From NCBI GenBank assembly GCA_965222115.1, contig CBDCTJ010000003.1:416001-480000 (forward strand): a DNA stretch of 64,000 nt, written 5' to 3'. Below the pieces are notes generated by a model. It was not told the origin of the DNA and did no database searches. It worked only from the letters and a program-made list of their open reading frames with translations. The stretch's first letter is position 1. Each line of letters begins with the position of its first letter. Of this stretch, positions 59,872-64,000 are shown in pieces. This DNA comes from Planctomycetota bacterium. GTDB taxonomy: Bacteria; Planctomycetota; PLA2; JAEUHO01. The position numbers and the translations under genes are program-made.

Positions 59872-60672
59872 ATGTCGCCCTCGACTTCTTTCGATGATCT
59901 CGACGCATTGCTCCAGTTGTGGGTCAAGGACCTGCAGGAGCATCTCGGTCCAACACTCGTCGGTGCTTATCTACAAGGCTCGTTTGCGATGGGTGCGGGA
60001 GACGAGCACAGCGATGTGGACTTCATCGTCGTTGTTGGAGATGAGCTCACGGTCGAGGATGTGGCAAAGGTTCAGCACATCCACACGCAGATCTTTAATG
60101 ACGACACATTTGGACGCTGGCATCGCCACCTCGAAGGGTCGTACGTCCCCAAGCACATATTGCGCGAACTAAAGGACACGTCAGGATCGTTCTGGTACCT
60201 GGACAACGGCGCACGCGAGCTCGTCGAATCCGATCACTGCAACTCACTGGTCGTGCGGCGAACGATGCGCCGCTTTCCGTTTGTGCTGATGGGGCCGTGT
60301 CCGACGACGCTCATTCCACCGGTGCCCGATGACCTGCTCCGCGCATCGATCAAGCGAGCGATGTTTGGCTGGGCGCGACAGATCGTTCGCGACCCGACGC
60401 CGTGGGCGAATCGCTTCTATCAGGGCTTTATCGTCTTTACGTTCTGTCGCGTGTGGCGCTCGCTGACACTTGGCGACATCGGATCGAAGCGCGAGGCAAT
60501 TGTCTGGGCGAAGGAGCGTCTCCCCCGCGACTGGCACGGCCTGTTGGATCGAGCTTGGGATTCGCGTCCCGATCCCGCGACGAGCGCGCGGACGCCGCCC
60601 GACCCGATTGAGTTCGATCGGACGGTTGCGCTGGTACGACTTGTTCTGCGTGAGTTCGACGAAGAGGTGTAG
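59872..60672 (+). CDS. Nucleotidyltransferase, aminoglycoside adenylyltransferase (ANT/DUF4111)-like
   Basis: GAYLQGSFAMG...HSDVDFIVV Pol-beta motif; C-terminal CR......G...SK..A..WA helical domain. Confidence 0.8.
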   Translation: MSPSTSFDDLDALLQLWVKDLQEHLGPTLVGAYLQGSFAMGAGDEHSDVDFIVVVGDELTVEDVAKVQHIHTQIFNDDTFGRWHRHLEGSYVPKHILRELKDTSGSFWYLDNGARELVESDHCNSLVVRRTMRRFPFVLMGPCPTTLIPPVPDDLLRASIKRAMFGWARQIVRDPTPWANRFYQGFIVFTFCRVWRSLTLGDIGSKREAIVWAKERLPRDWHGLLDRAWDSRPDPATSARTPPDPIEFDRTVALVRLVLREFDEEV

Positions 60673-60942
60673 CGCGCATCGGCGGGACTGGCAAGATGGT
60701 CGAAGACACCGCGAAGATACCGGACCGCGTTTTCACGCACCTGGAGGTGCGGGAAACTCGGCGTCTGGATCGAACCCACACTTTTCAGCAACTCCGATTA
60801 TCCCGAGGCATGCCTCCAGACGTGCCCAGTAACGCCCACTAGTACTTTCCCGCGCAGACGCGATACCCGCCAGCAACGCGCTGCACTGTGAAATCTCTCC
60901 GAAGTGCGAGTAAGTACTGACATCGAGTCGGGACTATGTTCA

Positions 60943-61890
60943 TCAAGTTGATGGGAAGTAACGCAGCTGGGAATCTCGTTCAAAGAGTGCCCCAAGAAGC
61001 GCAACCTCCGAGCCGGCCAAACCTTCAGACACAAACAGTATCTGTCCAGTGCCAGGCAGGGATTTCACCCCGGCAACAATGTCGGACAGTGCAGTCATCT
61101 CAGCGGCCGTTCGACCGCCGGGCAAGGGGCCTATTTTGCTCTCGAATGAGGCGCACTGTTCAGGGGCATCGGAGACAAGCACGTCGGCCTTTGAGTACAC
61201 GCCTCCGGGAAGTTCATTTCGCCCTCCGAACTTAGGTCCCACTGTTGCCACATAACGTGAAGAAGCTAGGGCCTCAGCGGCAACCACAGGTTCCGAACTC
61301 CTTGTTACTGCGAGAACTGCATCAGCATCTTCTGCTGCGGTTCCTGATGTGACTTCGGCATGCGCAGGAACGTTCGTGTCCTTCGCCAACTCCATAGCAA
61401 ACGACTCGGCAGCCTCTCGGCGCCGTGCCCAAATTTGGAACGATTCAATGGACCGGGCAGAGGCCCATGTTCTGGCGTGGTGAAACGCCTGAAAGCCTGC
61501 ACCGAGTACCGCAACGCGAATGGGGTGCGTCAAGGCGCGAGTCGCGACCTCCATCGCGACACCCCCGAGGGCTGCTGTTCGCCACGCCCCGAACTCGGGC
61601 CCGCGGGCGGTAGCCAAAATCTGGCCGTCTGAAAGTCGGAGCAGTACGAGCAACTGCGAGTCATCGTGTGTACCGGACTCGCGGTCGATGGAATAGAGTC
61701 GAAAGCCAGCAACGTCTTGTGTGGCCGATGCGCCAACGGTAAATACCAACTGCCGGTTGCGAACAGGGACGTTCATTCGGGGCGGCGCCGCCGTTTGATC
61801 CTCGGCGGTAGCGCAAAGATATGATCGCATCGCCTCTAGCGCGCCTTCACGCCCCAAGCGTCTTAGCTCCGACGGCTCGAAGTGTTGCAT
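60943..61890 (-). CDS. Ornithine cyclodeaminase / mu-crystallin family protein
   Basis: APPR, WRTAA, VLGAGFQA Rossmann motif, SEGLA C-terminal motif. Confidence 0.82.
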   Translation of the reverse strand: MQHFEPSELRRLGREGALEAMRSYLCATAEDQTAAPPRMNVPVRNRQLVFTVGASATQDVAGFRLYSIDRESGTHDDSQLLVLLRLSDGQILATARGPEFGAWRTAALGGVAMEVATRALTHPIRVAVLGAGFQAFHHARTWASARSIESFQIWARRREAAESFAMELAKDTNVPAHAEVTSGTAAEDADAVLAVTRSSEPVVAAEALASSRYVATVGPKFGGRNELPGGVYSKADVLVSDAPEQCASFESKIGPLPGGRTAAEMTALSDIVAGVKSLPGTGQILFVSEGLAGSEVALLGALFERDSQLRYFPST

Positions 61891-62078
61891 TAGTTGATCG
61901 TCCTTCCAGCGGTGTCTCTATGACATTGATGTGTGCGATACCTGACGTCCGTCTCAAGCCGTGCGCGTGGATTCGTGATCGCTATCACCTACAGCTCATC
62001 GCCACAGCGTGAACATGCCAAGGAGTGCCGGCAAAGCACAGGCAATGAGTGTGATCTTCTCCCTGACACAGCATTCCT

Positions 62079-62516
62079 CTACAAACAGATTTTTGCCAAG
62101 TGCTCGCCGTCTTCGATCTCGCCTGTCGGAACGAATCCGAAGCGCTTGTAGAAGGACTCGGGGCTGCCTTCACCAACTTGGTAACTCACGTAGAGCTCCT
62201 TCGCATTCGGGCGCGTGCGCACATGCTCGATCAAGAGTTCGAGCACTCTTCTACCGTACCCCTTGTGCTGGTACTCTTTGTCAATCATCATGCGCCAGAG
62301 GAAGTACTCCGCCTTTTCAGGGATGTCGGAGATCATCACGAATCCGACGGGCTTCTCCCCCACGTAAACGCCGCGGAACCATGCATCCTCGTGGAAGTAC
62401 GCCTGTGCAATCGAAACTGCATTGTTCGCGACGAACTTCTTCTGCTCCGGTGAGACACTCAGCTTCAGGATCGCGCCAAGCGTCTCTTTGGTGATCTGGC
62501 GCAGCGTGACATCCAT
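62079..62516 (-). CDS. GNAT N-acetyltransferase (spermine/spermidine acetyltransferase-like)
   Basis: Q..FVA.N..SIAQA, RMMIDKEYQHKGYG motif A, FYKRFGF. Confidence 0.88.
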   Translation of the reverse strand: MDVTLRQITKETLGAILKLSVSPEQKKFVANNAVSIAQAYFHEDAWFRGVYVGEKPVGFVMISDIPEKAEYFLWRMMIDKEYQHKGYGRRVLELLIEHVRTRPNAKELYVSYQVGEGSPESFYKRFGFVPTGEIEDGEHLAKICL

Positions 62517-62666
62517 GCCCGCAGCCTATCGCGACGCGCCGGTTCGTGCCCGGCGAAACATCGAATCAGCGAGATACGAGGATGGTTTGAGGGCCACACT
62601 TGTTCTTGAGCTCCGCGTAACTCGTGGGCTGCCGTACACGCGTTGGCCCCAATACGCATGCAAAAC

Positions 62667-64000
62667 TCATTCGGGTTGGGGAAGGCGAATCTCGACGCCC
62701 TTGGTGCCCGGCGTGGCCCTTTGAGTGGCCACTCGCGACTTGCCCTTCTCGTACAAGTACATGCGAAGCTGGACGTCCTCGGAACGCGCAGGATCCACAA
62801 CCGCTACATAGCGTCCGTCCGGACCAACTTTGGCGATCCCGATCTGCTTTTCGTCGTGAAAGACTTGGACGAAGCCGTTCCTTATCGGCTTGCCATCGTG
62901 CTCGAACACTGTGCCCTCAATGGTCGTCCCCGTTGCAAACTGGACTTCAATGGTCTGTCCATGGGGAACCACGGATTTCGGCGCAGGGACACGCCAGGGT
63001 TGTTCAGCGGTTGAAGAGAAGAGGACGCGAACTTGCGTCGGCTGCGCGAGAAGGTCTTCGTACGTGACCTCTCCCTTGTCGTCAGTCCGAGAGTAGCCCT
63101 TGCGACCGGGCGATGTTGGATGAAGGGACACAGGGACCTTCGGCACGGCGTTTCCACTGGGATCGAGCGCTCGCACAGTCAGCGAACGGTCGCTTGCAAT
63201 TGCCTTAGCACGAACCACGATGTCCTGTGCGCCCGGTTCGACGCCCTCTGCCACACCTGCGATCGCTTTATGCGTAGGCATGTGTAACCGAGCCCTGCTC
63301 GAACCCGCCATTCCGCGAAATACGACGTCGAACACTTCCTTGCTGCTTGTGCGGTAGGTAAACACGCCAAGTTCGTCGCAGTAGGCTTGCACGATCTCTT
63401 GTCCGTCACGCCTGAACGTGACGTGTGCCCACGCCACGGGCTTGCCCCCAGGGTCGAGTACGCGTCCCTTGGTCAGTAGCGCACGCTTGAGCACGATTTC
63501 GATATCGTTTTGATCGACAACTTTGGTGCCTTGGTGCGGTTCGTAGGGCGCGTCTTTGCCAAACCATACTTGCAGTTGCATGGTGCCCGGCTTCACGCGC
63601 ACCACAGCGAGACCGTCGATGTCTGTGCTTGTGCTCACGCCCGCTTGCTGCCGGGCTCCGGTCACCGCCAGTCGTGCATGCTTCACCGGATTTCCAGCGT
63701 CGTCGACCACGCGCACACGCACTTCGCGAGAGTCCTCGAGGGTGATGTCGACCGTAGTGGGCTCATCGTCGTCTTTCAGTACAACATCCTGTCTGGTCGC
63801 TGCTTCGCCTTGCGGCGTCACAGACAGCCGATACTTGCTGGGGGGAAGATCGTCGAAGCGGAACCGACCCAGATCATCGGTTGCACGATGCAGTGTTCGC
63901 GCATACCTGTGTCCGCGTGGTCCATCGGGCAAATGCGTAAGGCTCGCAGAGGCACGCCCGACGGGCGTCCCATCCGCGAACGCCACCCTGCCGATCAGAC
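62667..64000 (-). CDS. Carboxypeptidase-regulatory-like repeat protein (5' end beyond window)
   Basis: Repeated GRV.D..G.PV..A and TD..G.F units; reading frame open to the window edge. Confidence 0.78.
   Translation of the reverse strand, partial: LIGRVAFADGTPVGRASASLTHLPDGPRGHRYARTLHRATDDLGRFRFDDLPPSKYRLSVTPQGEAATRQDVVLKDDDEPTTVDITLEDSREVRVRVVDDAGNPVKHARLAVTGARQQAGVSTSTDIDGLAVVRVKPGTMQLQVWFGKDAPYEPHQGTKVVDQNDIEIVLKRALLTKGRVLDPGGKPVAWAHVTFRRDGQEIVQAYCDELGVFTYRTSSKEVFDVVFRGMAGSSRARLHMPTHKAIAGVAEGVEPGAQDIVVRAKAIASDRSLTVRALDPSGNAVPKVPVSLHPTSPGRKGYSRTDDKGEVTYEDLLAQPTQVRVLFSSTAEQPWRVPAPKSVVPHGQTIEVQFATGTTIEGTVFEHDGKPIRNGFVQVFHDEKQIGIAKVGPDGRYVAVVDPARSEDVQLRMYLYEKGKSRVATQRATPGTKGVEIRLPQPE

Overview
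GC-rich bacterial chromosomal window, most consistent with a planctomycete-like organism. That assignment is inferred from the Hanks kinase, ECF sigma/anti-sigma/HEAT genes, TsaC-LMWPTP fusion and carboxypeptidase-regulatory-domain proteins. Housekeeping and metabolic genes include infC (ATT start), tsaC-PTP, rpiB, the three-gene pntAB locus, arsC, rpsU, serS, a membrane-fused nadD, miaA, ald, a MATE transporter and tRNA-Val(GAC). A type II secretion cluster (gspD-E-F-G-H-I-J) stops without K/L/M. An ECF operon carries a protein with two secretin-like repeats. An island-like block (~35.5-46 kb) holds a decayed phage small-terminase gene, a GspC-like PDZ protein, and a HEAT protein / 1994-aa signal-peptide RHS toxin / immunity operon; this is the best candidate for an undescribed system (RHS toxin export via Sec plus T2SS). 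Non-coding structure includes several 15-32 bp tandem repeats, a dispersed 8-9 bp-period motif array, REP-like palindromes, and two extra tRNA-Val 3' ends downstream of the tRNA. These are followed by an accessory stretch (orphan SMI1/KNR4, TA pair, nucleotidyltransferase, GNAT). No CRISPR array, integrase or intact transposase is visible. All family calls come from motif recognition by eye, not from database searches.
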